DNA from: Octopus vulgaris
Taxonomy: Eukaryota
Direction: 5' to 3'
Assembly (NCBI GenBank): GCA_951406725.2
Contig: OX597826.1
Coordinates: 68,944,001-69,008,000 of the forward strand
DNA length: 64,000 nucleotides
The notes beneath the pieces were generated by a model. It was given only the letters and a program-made list of their open reading frames with translations, made no database searches and was not told where the DNA came from. Positions 12,721-24,595 of the stretch are shown here, piece by piece. Numbering within the stretch: the first letter of the stretch is position 1; each line of letters starts with the position of its first letter. The position numbers were made by a program, and so were the translations under genes.

Positions 12721-13643
12721 AATTGTTTTTTATTTCGTATATTTTCGTATATGGGCTACCATTAAGCAGCAACTGCTAGATAACGTTTATATAACATTCA
12801 CATCATAATTCGAATAATAATAATTCACCAGACAAGAGTTGAGAAACAATTGCTGTGATTTGCGATTAAAGACTTAATTCCATCTTGTTTTACAAATTTT
12901 TATATGTATATATATATACAAAGAGAGAGACGGGGTAGAGAGAGGCGAAATATTATTCAAAATAGTATTCAGTGTTAAATAGTGAGAGTGGTTTATAGTT
13001 TGGACTACTGGTACCTTCCAAAGTTCGAGATCATTAGACCATTTGCGATGTCTCTTCCAGTTCAGTAAGTTCAGACTTCATACAATACCGAGTCCAAATT
13101 TGCTTTTCATCGCTCCAATGTTGGAGCATATAAATAAATAAAGCACCTGTAAATTACAGAGTGACGGTTTATTCAACAATTTTTTTTTCAAAATTTTGAC
13201 TTTGTGCCGAAGTTGTTCGCAATATATCCTGGGAGTTGAATGTCTGCGAGAATCAGCTTTGCTTTCTATACAAGCGAAGTATTAGAGTCGATGTTATCGC
13301 CTAACGCCCACATCAGTTAGTTGGTCATGTACTTCACTGTGAAAACATCATCACTGTCATCTTCGAAGGCGTCAAAGCTATCATCATCATCTTCATCTGC
13401 AAACACAAAAACAACAACAGTAGTAGTAATAGTAGTAGTTTTGAATGTGGCATTTTTTGAAAATCTATGAATTAAATAACCCTGAAATGAGGAATTTCTT
13501 GCATTGTATATTGTTATTCTCCGACTTGTTGGTCACACATAACTCATAAGCAAACTTGAGAAAATGCATTTATTTCATCACAATTTTTTTTATAAGAATT
13601 AAGGAGGGTATGAATATTTTTGAGGACGACTGTATATATATAT

Positions 13644-13681
<38 letters not shown>

Positions 13682-13729
13682 GTGTTTGTATACTACACGT
13701 TTCCACATATATATATATATATATATGTA

Positions 13730-13966
13730 GAGGCGCAATGGCCTAGTGGCTAGGGCAGCGGACTCGCGGTCGTAGGATCGCGGTTTCGATTCCCAGACAG
13801 GGCGTTGTGAGCGTTTATTGAGCGAAAACACCTGAAAGCTCCACAAGGCTCCGGCAGGGGGTGGTGATCCCTGCTGTACTCTTTCACCACTCTTTCTCCC
13901 ACTTTCTTCTGTTGGGCTGCTCGCTTAGCCAGCGGGGTGGCGTCATTCGAAGGCTAAAACAATGCG
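13730..13966 (+). mobile_element. Family C SINE, tail variant 2
   Basis: Same tRNA head as 2684/17308/22006; different 3' part. Confidence 0.8.
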
Positions 13967-14579
13967 TCCTTACATACATATACGAAGGGGAGGCAAACAC
14001 TCCCGGCCGCCGGAACTGCATCTAGGGACACCGTGTTTCAGGATCATTGTCCTTCATCGGCCTAGAGTAGCAGACACCGGTCAGCTGGTGATATTTGCCT
14101 CGACTTCGTAATTGTATATATCTATATTCAGTGAAGTTTATTCACTGATTATCAAAATAAGAAATATTGAATTTCTAAATCTCTCGTAGAGACATGTACG
14201 GTGGTGGGGCGATAGAATGGTTGTATACTGTCAATCTAACAAGAATGTGACAGTAGGGGGTATTTCTTATTTTGATAATCAGTGAATAAACTTCACTGAA
14301 TATATATATATATATATCGATCCCAGCTGACCGGTGAAACACGGTGTCCCTAGATGCAGTTCCGGCGGCCGGGGGTGTTTGTCTCCCCTTCGTATATGTA
14401 TATAAGGACACAGGGAAAAATGTGTCAAAGCTATCAGGAGGCGTTCGATGCTTCCTAGGGCTATACAGCGGTGGTGTACCCCCTACTGTCACATTCTTGT
14501 TAGATTGACAGTATACAACCATTCTATCGCCCCACCACCGTACATGTCTCTACGAGAGATTTAGAAATTCAATATTTCT

Positions 14580-14581
<2 letters not shown>
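13966..14581. mobile_element. Two head-to-head, circularly permuted copies of a ~350-nt hammerhead-bearing unit (retrozyme-like)
   Basis: Minus copy 13966-14262 and plus copy 14261-14581 share all segments but start at different points of the unit; the plus copy begins and ends with TATTTCTTA. Confidence 0.8.
14017..14073 (-). ncRNA. Type I hammerhead ribozyme with C at core position 4
   Basis: Minus strand CTGC-TAC-TCTAGG-CCGATGA-AGGA-CAATGA-TCCT-GAA-ACAC-G-GTGT-C-CCTAGA-T-GCAG: 6-bp stem I extended past an internal loop, 4-bp stem II, GUC site. Confidence 0.8.
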
Positions 14582-14620
<39 letters not shown>

Positions 14621-14635
14621 AAGTGTATGTATATT

Positions 14636-14682
<47 letters not shown>

Positions 14683-15257
14683 ACGTATTTATATATGTAT
14701 GTACATTAGTCAATAATGAATACCATTGTAATATTTTGAAAAAGAGCAAGAGGGAACTTTGGACATGTTTTCGCTATAATTTTGACCTAAGCAGTAGAGT
14801 GAACACTTACTTCGCCGTATTTGTCGAAGTAACGACGAATAAAAGAAGCAGTAAGTAAATATATAAACTTTAAATTGGTTGGTGTAGAAAACAGGATTGT
14901 TTAGTTTGGAAAAGAGATAATTCAAGACGCGTAACTTCTCATCTTCTTTTTCTCTTCTCTTTCTTTTTCTTATTTTTACTTTCCTTTCCTTTTTTATCAC
15001 TTTCTCTCTCTCTCTCTCTCACTTTTTCTTTATTTTGGTCTTCCATGTTTACATCGTTATCTTGAGCAACTAAAATAAACACCTTGAGTTTCTTGTTTTG
15101 TCGTCCAGTAGTTTTCAGTTATTCTTGAATGTCATATTGGCTCGCTTCTTTATCTAGTCTAGCAAACAGCTGAAATTGGAGACGTATTTTCTTTTTTCTA
15201 TACCAGTTTTCTTTTCTTTGGTAACTTTCAACTTTCAGTTTGATTTTTATCTCTAAT

Positions 15258-15331
<74 letters not shown>

Positions 15332-15695
15332 AAATTCGTTCTTTCAATTACTCCTTATCTACGACTTGCTTTACTTATTTTTTCTCCTCGTTGAAATTAA
15401 CTTCAACTATGGGTTTGAGTTTTTTTATATACCTCTACATATATGCATTGAAACATGCATACGTGACACCCACTCACGCACACACATACGCACACGCGCA
15501 TACAGATATACATACGCACATACACACACATACTCACATAAACACGCATATGAAATCATTCACTTTTGACAGTTGAGCTCAAAGTGGATAATACCTTCAA
15601 AGGTAGTGAGTAACAATTCGGTATATATACACACAAACGCGTATATATGTAAATAAATAAATATATATATATATATGTATGTACACATATATGTT

Positions 15696-15789
<94 letters not shown>

Positions 15790-15794
<5 letters not shown>

Positions 15795-16289
15795 AGGCCT
15801 ATAGGCCCTTATTGCTTGTTTTCCTGTCCTGTTTTCATTCCGTTTTATTCCTTCTGGTACTGTAATTTTTTGTAATTGTATTTTTATTTTGTATTTGTTT
15901 TAATTGTATTGTTTTTACGTCCTGTTTTTGTTACATTTTTTCCTTGTTTTTGCCCCTCTGCGAAGGAATTTTATTTAATTCCTTCGCAGGAAGGACTAGT
16001 TCTTCGAGACGTGTACTGTCCTACCTTCGAAACACGCTATAGTTGAACTAGGGACAGCTGATGAAGGGGATTTTTCCTGTGTAGTTGTCTTGTACTCTGT
16101 TTTTTCGTTGTTAAAAAATGGTCCGTTCCCTGCTTGTTTTTACTTTTTCGTTTTCGTTTTTCATTTAGTTCTACGTCTAATTGTGGTGTCCTGTACTCAC
16201 GTATATATATTTATATATGCATGTATATATACATGTAGATGTAGGTACGTACATATACGTGTGTATGTTTGCATATGTTTTATTTATTA

Positions 16290-16290
<1 letters not shown>
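15790..16290 (+). mobile_element. T-rich non-coding unit between (TA)n tracts, carrying a 13-bp hairpin and a permuted hammerhead (probable PLE pseudo-LTR)
   Basis: Hairpin CTGCGAAGGAATT/AATTCCTTCGCAG (15958-15989); ribozyme motif directly downstream. Confidence 0.6.
15996..16070 (+). ncRNA. Candidate non-circularly permuted (pseudoknotted) hammerhead ribozyme
   Basis: CGTGT-A-CTGTCC (16010-21), CCTTC-GAA-ACACG (16024-36), GGACAG-CTGATGA-AGGGG (16052-69); extra helix CTAGTTC/GAACTAG. Confidence 0.7.
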
Positions 16291-16331
<41 letters not shown>

Positions 16332-16334
<3 letters not shown>

Positions 16335-16735
16335 CGCAGGAGTGGCTGTGTGGTAAGTAGCTTGCTAACCAACCACATGGTTCCGGGTTCAGTCCCACTG
16401 CGTGGCATCTTGGGCAAGTGTCCTCTGCTATAGCCCCGGGCCGACCAATGCCTTGTGAGTAGATTTGGTAGACGGAAACTGAAAGAAGCCTGTCGTATAT
16501 ATATATATGTGTATGTGTGTGTGTTTGTGTGTCTGTGTTTGTTCCCCTAGCATTGCTTGACAACCGATGCTGGTGTGTTTACGGTCCTCGTCACCTAGCG
16601 GTTCGGCAAAAAGAGACCGATAGAATAAGTACTGGGCTTACAAAAAGAATAAGTCCCGGGGTCGATGTGCTCGACTAAAGGCGGTGCTCCAGCATGGCCG
16701 CAGTCAAATGACTGAAACAAGTAAAAGAAAAGAGA
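16332..16735 (+). mobile_element. Family A SINE
   Basis: Full-length copy. Confidence 0.9.
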
Positions 16736-17307
16736 GAATATATTAATATTTATGTATAAACTTTGAAGTGAAATTCTGCCTCGCGTTTCTAGATGGTGAA
16801 GAAACAGAAGCTTTTCGTTTTAATTGATATATTTTGTCAAGATAATTACAACCCAGCATTATTTATAATAATAACCCCGTCGATTTTGCAAGTTGTTGAT
16901 TTTTCGGGTACAAAATTCCTCAGATTTCGAAGCAACATAGCAGACGGTATCCTTTTTAATCACTTCGCTTTGAGCAATCTGTTTTCCTTTGAATAATGTT
17001 GCAATGATCTGAAAAGAATATAAGAAGCGATAAAATAAAAAAAAGTAAGGAGGATGAGGCAAAGGTTCCATATTTTATACGATGATTTTTTTTTACTTTA
17101 GTTACCGGGACAATATGTGTTCTTGCATTCTCGTTTAAGGGCAACACCACTTTACATGATACCGACAAGGTGCCCTGTTCAAATTTTTGTGCAACACTTC
17201 CATTTGACTGTATTATTTCCGAGAATAGTCGCGTTTGAGGATTGAAACCACACTTTGTGGTTAGATACTAACCATTCACGTTTTCGTTCTGTATGATTAG
17301 AGAGAGT

Positions 17308-17620
17308 GGAGGCGCAATGGCCCAGTGGTTAGGGCAGCGGACTCGCGGTCGGGGGATCGCGGTTTCCATTCTCAGACCGGGCGTTGTGTGTGTTTACTGA
17401 GCGAAAACACCTAAAGCTCCACTAGGGGTGGTGACAACCCCTGTTGTACTCTTTCGCCCCAAATTGCTCTCACACTTTCTTCCTGTTTCTTGAGTAACGC
17501 TGCGATGGACTGGCGTCCCATCCAGCTGGAGGGGAACACATACGCCATAGAAACCGAGAAACCGGGCCCATGAGCCTAGCTAGGTTTGAAAAGGGCGCAA
17601 AAAATGATTAGAGAGAACCT
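17308..17620 (+). mobile_element. Family C SINE, tail variant 3 (CGCTGCGATGGACTGGCGTCCCATCCAG...)
   Basis: Shared tRNA head, distinct tail. Confidence 0.8.
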
Positions 17621-18042
17621 ACATTTTTTTTTATTACTTGTGATGATTCAACCCTGGAAAGGTTTGGTATTTCAGTCTATTCTTTGATGACGAATAGAGG
17701 GTAACTCCTTAATTAAACCGACGAGTCGGATGATGAGTAACATTCTCAACATCGTTGTACACCTTCTTAATTAATAAAAGTGTTTTATGATCGAAGGTTA
17801 ACTTGGATTAATCTGTTGGCAAACTGTCACGAATTTTGTTTGGATTTTCCTCACAGAAGTGCAGCATCGACAGAACTTAGTTGTCGATACCAAGGGGATT
17901 CTATACCAGAAAAATTTCCCGCTCTAAACTGGCCAAGGCAACGTTTAGAATTTGTAGAATTCGAATAATGCTGCAAATATCACATAGAGTGAGTGTGTTA
18001 TGTTAAATGCTATGTTGTGTTATCAATGTTTTGCGTATCATA

Positions 18043-18260
18043 AGGCAACGAGCTAGCAGAATTGGTAACACTCTGGGCAAAATGCTTAGCGGCATTTCGT
18101 CCGACTTTACGTTCTAAGTTGAAAATCCGCCACAGTGTACTTTTACCTTTTGTTATGTTCGTGTCGATAAAATAATTACCAGTTGATTAGTGAGGCCGAT
18201 GTAATCGACGCACACCCTCCTCCGAAATTGCAGGTCTTGTACCAACATTTGAAACTAATA
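18043..18260 (+). mobile_element. Family B SINE, decayed monomer
   Basis: Head GGCAACGAGCTAGCAGAATTGGTAAC and degenerate body/tail. Confidence 0.7.
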
Positions 18261-19163
18261 TTCGTATATCAAATGTCTATAGGCTGTGGTTTATATTTCG
18301 AGAATGCAAGTGCATTGAACGAATTGGCTTCAAACACGCATTCAAGTATCCTATGTAATGATTGTGTTATATTAGATGTTCTATTGTGTTACCAATGTTC
18401 ATAAACTGAGTCTCAGTTTTGTAAGTTGTGCAGTATTGAGAAATAGCTATGTACAATACAATATGTGAAAGCAGCCATATTGTAATTGAGAAAACTTTTA
18501 TATTTCCCTTAACTTCAGAGTTAATCTTCAGTTATAAATAAATTCGTTCATATCTATGATACATACAGTAATATCTAACTGACGAGAGCTTTTTTAATTT
18601 TGTCAACTCCGGAAGAACAGAAGGCGAAGCAAACTTCAACGAGATCGGAAATCTGAACTGAACATAATGATTCTGCGCAAAAACGGACGCCATTTTGTCT
18701 GGCGTTTTCACGATTCTGCTGATCCGCTGGTTCTCGAGTGTTTTGATACATATCATTTTCGTATTTTCATTACTCAATTCGTCTAAAATTAATGTTAGTG
18801 TAAACCCTTATAAAACACACTTCATGAGGCTGTTGCATCTCACACGTTTCCCACTGTCTCAATATATTTATATGGCTTTTCTGATAGTAATTCTCTCTTT
18901 TCTTATTGACAGTCATCTGCCTTCGTATTCTTTGCATTCTGTTTAATTTGCCTCTTAGCGTCAATATAACGACGTCCAATAGGAATTGATTAGTACTTCA
19001 GATAGTGTAGAAGGAAAAATAAAACATAATTAAAAATAGGCTTCAAATATAGCAACAAACAACATTAGTATTATAGTCAACAGCATCATCATCATCATTA
19101 TCATCATTATCATCACAATTTAGAGATGATGATGATGATGAAGAGGAGGAGGAGGAGGATGAA

Positions 19164-19216
<53 letters not shown>

Positions 19217-19855
19217 CGACGACGATGATGATGATGGTGATGATATAATTTCGAGCAATAGAGAATAAAGACGAAGAAGATGATGGCGATAATGGGTGAT
19301 TACATCATTTATTTTTTACATTATTTTTTTTATTACAATTAAACCACTAGTATTGTAATTAGTTAGTCAACGAACAACAGTTTTGGTAGAACTGTGGACA
19401 AAATGCAATGGCATATTTTATTGCCACTTGTCAACCTCTGTTGGTTTGCTTTCGTCTTCGAAATTTAGCGGCTCGGCAGAAGGGGGTGATAGAATAAGAA
19501 CTAGATTTTAGAAAATAAGTAATTGAAGGGATTACATGTTCGTCATATATTCTTTAAACGTTGCTAGGATAAGCACCATTCAAGAATTTATTGAATGTAC
19601 TGCCGCGATAAACCTAAAGGATTTGTTTTTGCGCGAGAAATTACGCCGAGGTCGAATTTAGCCTTCATCGTTTCTGGACAGAAAGAAAGAGCAAAAACGT
19701 AATATAATTTCTGGTCCTGTCACTAGAAGGTGGTAGGGGTTTTGCCCCTTTCCTCGTAGGGGTTTGCTCCGAAAGGAGAAAATGTTTAAGAAATATATTA
19801 CTTGATATTCTTTAGACGTTTATTTATTTATTATTTTTTTTATTATCTATTTCGA

Positions 19856-20075
19856 TTTTACTTGTTTCACTCATTGGATTGCGGTCATGCTGTGGTACAG
19901 ATTGAAAGGGTTTAGTCGACAAAAGGAACTAATGCATTTGAGTACTTTATTTCTTAAGTCTGGTAGTTATACGATCGGTCGTTTTACCGAACCGCTAAGT
20001 TTCGAGGACGTATACAAACCAAAAGAAGTTGACAAGCGGGAATGGGGGCAAACACAAACACAAAGACAAACACGG
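19856..20075 (-). mobile_element. Family A SINE, decayed 3' half
   Basis: TTTTACTTGTTTCACTCATTGGATTGCGGTCATGCTG...CCGAACCGCTAAGTT. Confidence 0.7.
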
Positions 20076-20109
20076 ACATACAGACATACATCTCTCTCTT
20101 CTCTCTTAG

Positions 20110-20428
20110 ACTCCGCCGGTTACGACGACGAGGGTCCCAGCTGATACGATCAACGGAACAGCTTGCTCGTGAAATTAACGTGCAAATGGCTGAGAATTCC
20201 ACAGACACGTGTACCCTTAACGTAGTTCTCGGGGATAATCAGCGTGACACAGAGAGTGACAAGGCTGACCCTTTGAAATACAAGTACAACTCATTTTTGC
20301 CAGCTGAGTGGACTGGAGCAACGTGAAATAAAGTGTCTTGCTCAAGGACACAACGCGTCGCCGGGAATCGAACTCACAACCTTACGATCATGAGCCGAAT
20401 GCCCTAACCACTAAGCCACGCGCCCTCA
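20110..20428 (-). mobile_element. tRNA-derived SINE, family D (different head, same tail as 22200-22389)
   Basis: Minus head GGGCGCGTGGCTTAGTGGTTAGGGCATTCGGCTCATGATCGTAAGGTTGTGAGTTCGATTCCC; tail TATTTCAAAGGG...CGTCGTCGTAACCGGCGGAG. Confidence 0.8.
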
Positions 20429-22005
20429 CACAGACATACATAGAAATGTATGTATGCGCATGTGTGTATATGTGTGTGCGCGTGAATGTGTATACACACA
20501 CAGATTTTTATAATGAACACTATAGGTTGACGGCTTTCCACAGAGCTTCCACCAACCAAATTATTCCGTCACAAAGTTACTGGGCAGTCGGACCAAAGCC
20601 GACATAATCCCGTTTAAAAGAGATACTTAACCCCCCCAAAACCATGTCTACGCCTATTTATTTACTTATTTTGCTTCATTTTTATGAAAGTCAGACTGAA
20701 TCATCTGATTTGCTTGAAAGCAACAATTCTCAATGATGTAACATTCCCGGAATAAATGAAAAATTTTGTTATCTTTTTAAATCAGTTTTTGTTTTTTTTT
20801 GTAAATATGGTTAATTCATGTGATTATATTTACTTTAGGCATTAATAAACCAAACCAACGCCCATTTCTGCTGTTTGTTATCAATACTAATACCATTGTC
20901 TCGAGTATTGTTGCTTTATTACAAATATGTAAAATAATATTAAGAATTAGCGTCAGGAAATTAAGACAGATTCGTTTCTACTTTCTACGTCCATATTTAT
21001 TCCAGTATCTAAAGAAGACAATAATTAGAAGCTATAATTTCTTTTTGTTATTTTTAGATATACATACGCAACGATATTGCTCAAATCGAAACTGTTGTAA
21101 TGGAATCATTCACCACTAAACATCAATCCGTAACTCATAAATGTGCTTGGTTTGCTGCTATCATAACTACTTTTGCGCATCGGATTTAATTATTCATGCG
21201 CCTCTGATTCTCTGATTTTATCCAAATCCAGGCACTCGCCTCTTCTGATTTCTCTGATATTGTGTTCCGTCTAGGCGCCATACTAAAGCACTAACGGAAT
21301 TTTCTCAGTCGTTCTTCCTCGATCACTGCCTTTTAGAATTCTCTTCACCTCCATGGTCTTCCTACAGTTTCTGACTTCAAGTTGTTTAGTATGAGCATCA
21401 TTCACATTTGCTACACCAGCTTCAGGTATCCTGAGAGAAACCCATTTCCTGCTGCCTAAACCATTTAACCCAAATGGATCTTTCAAGTATAGTGGGCCTG
21501 TGTGCGTGGAATGACAAAAGGAACTGCTACAAAATGTAGGCTTCTTAATGCTTTGTCGTGGTTTGACCCGGATCGAGTAAACTTATGAAAAACTACGGTG
21601 CAAGCATTTATATCCTGCATTCTCCCCCAACATAATGTGTGCAGGTAGCTTCATGCATGATTACTCTTCGAAGTCGGTAAAATATGAAACGAAAGAGATT
21701 TGGTTGTCCATTGTAAAGGATCACAAGATCTCTCGATAACCAAATCACAAAATCTTTTGTTCACAAGATCTTTCTTTGCTATACTTCCTAATCTTTATCA
21801 TTTCATCGCCATGTGTCGAGGTTTTTGTTACAAAACTCTTGTGTTCAGATGTGATAATTGTTATGAAGTTTTACTTATATCCTATAGAGAACGCTGCGTG
21901 TATATCTTTATCAACAGGAAGAACAGCATGATCACCACCAGTTGGGAGACGACCGTTCATACCGGCCATGTTTTCCGATTACCTGATAAAATATAGCTCA
22001 GATGT

Positions 22006-22389
22006 GGAGGCGCAATGGCCCAGTGGTTAGGGCAGCGGACTCGCGGTCATAGGATTGCGGTTTCGATTCCCAGACCGGGCGTTGTGAGTGTTTATTGAGC
22101 GAAAACACTTAAAAGTTCCACGACGCTCCGGCAGGGAATGGTGGTGATCCCTGCTGTACTCTTTCACCACAACTTTCTCTCACTCTTACTTCCTGTTTCT
22201 GTTGTACCTGTATTTCAAAGGGCCGGCCTTGTCACTCTCTGTGTCACGCTGAATATCCTCGGGAACTACGTTAAGGGTACACGTGTCTGTAGAGTGCTCA
22301 GCCACTTACACGTTAATTTCACGAGCAGGCTGTTCCGTTGATTCGGATCAACCGGAACCCTCGTCGTCGTAACCGACGGAGTGCTTCCA
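22006..22389 (+). mobile_element. Family C SINE, tail variant 4
   Basis: Family C head plus the tail shared with family D. Confidence 0.85.
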
Positions 22390-22735
22390 TAGCTCAGATT
22401 GAAACCACTACCAAGACGGACCGAGAATTGTCTCTCGTTGATTCGCAGAAATAAAACCAAACTCACCTCCAAATTATTCTTACCGCCTTGAAAAACGAAG
22501 ACATATTTATTTTCCATCAAACGCCATTTAGAGAGATGTTGATGATGACGGTGATCATGGACAATTAATTCTTCACTGTGGTAGACAGCAGCTGCTTGGA
22601 AAATGTATAATTTTCATTTATAGCTGTGCAAAACAAACTCATCTGTTGTTAATGGATGCTCAGACATAATCTATCAAGAAAGTATTGGAAACAAATTCAT
22701 CATCCCCCCTCTAACGCACAATTTCTTTTAGTGAG

Positions 22736-22789
<54 letters not shown>

Positions 22790-22925
22790 AATTGACTTGA
22801 TATTTTGGGAGTGAATCAGCCGCATCCGAATCCCTTAAACTCAGAGGAAACCCTGTAAGGGTCTTGGGCGATGATGACAAACATATTGAGCAAGAGTTGG
22901 CAACCTCGCTTACCTTGAGAAATAC

Positions 22926-22985
<60 letters not shown>

Positions 22986-23700
22986 GGAAAGTGGACAGAG
23001 ACCACTCGGTTATATTTTTCGATTAATTTTTCGTTGTTTTTTCGCCTTTTATTTGTTTTAATTATTAGACAATTTATATATATATATATGTATATGTGTG
23101 TGTATGTATGTATATATATGCGTGTATGTATATATATGTATGTATGTGTATATATATATATGCAGGTATGTATATATATATATGTATAAATATATATATA
23201 TATGTATATGTATTTATATATAATATATATGTGTGTGTATGTGTGTGTTAGTAAAAGTGTTTGTTAGAAAAGGAAACCCTTAATGGAAAGCAAACTGAAG
23301 AGGAAAAGAGAAATGAGAAAAAGATTCAAGTAGGTGGATAATGTCTGGAACTGGATAAGCTAACAAAACCAACGCTTACATAAAGCGTGCAGGAATAAGA
23401 TTGATATGGCAACCCAAGATATTGATGCTGTTAAGAATCGATGATGAATGATGATGGTTAATCAACCCCATGATAAAATATGTTATAAACGATGGAGATT
23501 CCTATGTACTATTGAAATGGATGTTTGTTTTTTTATCACATTAGATGAAAGGAGATGTGTGACAATCATCAGTAGGTCAGGTTAGTTTTCCTTTTCTGTT
23601 TAGCATGTTTATTCCAGAACCATCTTGAATGACCTCGAAGTGGCTTCTCATCCACATTTGTCTCCAGATTCTACTTCCTTTCTGTCAAAATTTCTTTTAT

Positions 23701-24322
23701 AGGCGCCGGAGTGGCTGTGTGGTATGTAGCTTGCTTACCAACCACATGGTTCCGGAGTCAGTCCCACTGTGTGGCACCTTAGGCAAGTGTCTTCTACTAT
23801 AGCCTCGGGCCGACAAAAGCCTCGTGAGTGGATTTGGTAGACGGAAACTGAAAGAAGCCCGTCGTATATACTACTATAGCCTCGGGCCGACCAAAGCCTT
23901 GTGGGTGGATTTGGTAGACGGAAACTGAAAGAAACCCGTCGTATATACTACTATAGCCTCGTGCCAACCAAAACCTTGTGAGTGGATTTGGTAGACGGAA
24001 ACTGAAAGAAGCCCGTCGTATATACTACTATAGCCTCGGGCCGACCAAAGCCTTGTGAGTGAATTTGGTAGACGGAAACTGAAAGAAGCCCGTCGTATAT
24101 ACTACTATAGCCTCGGTCCGACCAAAGCCTTGTGAGTGGATTTGGTAGACGGAAACTGAAAAAAGCCCGTTGTATATACTACTATAGCCTCGGGCCGACC
24201 AAAGCCTTGTGAGTGGATTTGGTAGACGGAAACTGAAAGAAGCCCGTCGTATATACTACTATAGCTTCGGGCCAACCAAAGCCTTGTGAGTGGATTTAGT
24301 AGACGGAAACCGAAAGTCCGTC

Positions 24323-24357
<35 letters not shown>

Positions 24358-24595
24358 TATGTATGTGTGTGTATATGTTTGTGTGTCTGTGTTTGTCCCC
24401 CACTATCACTTGACAACCGATGCTGGTGTGTTTATGTCCCGGTAAATTAGCCGTTCGGCAAAAGAGACCGATAGAATAAGTATTAGGCTTACAAAGAATA
24501 AGTCCTAGGGTCGATTTGCTCAACTAGAGGCGGTGCTCCAGCATAGCCGCTGTCAAATGACTGAAATAAGTAAAAGAGCAAAAGAGTAAAAGAGT
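23701..24595 (+). mobile_element. Family A SINE with internal 77-bp segment amplified to 7 tandem units
   Basis: CTACTATAGC starts at 23794, 23871, 23948, 24025, 24102, 24179, 24256. Confidence 0.9.

Larger units (their letters stand above)
11977..12746 (+). mobile_element. Non-autonomous PLE/retrozyme-like element: 534-bp tandem unit with two hammerheads and a 5' inverted segment
   Basis: 12043-12212 is repeated at 12577-12746; 11977-12044 is the reverse complement of 12287-12354. Confidence 0.8.

Noticed and set aside
14755-14800. Minus-strand GAAAACATGTC-CAAAG with palindromic stem III-like segment
   Set aside because: The CUGANGA and stem II parts are not recognisable; at best a very old relic.
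21100-21995. Possible decayed DNA-transposon coding region
   Set aside because: Only vague motif resemblance and no termini found; not supportable without a profile search.
22006-22078. Possible tRNA genes (also 2684, 13730, 17308, 20355-20428)
   Set aside because: They are SINE heads: acceptor stems are not properly paired and each continues into a shared repeat body.
23794-24330. CRISPR-like regular repeat array
   Set aside because: Units are contiguous with no unique spacers, derive from a SINE body, and the context is eukaryotic with no cas genes.
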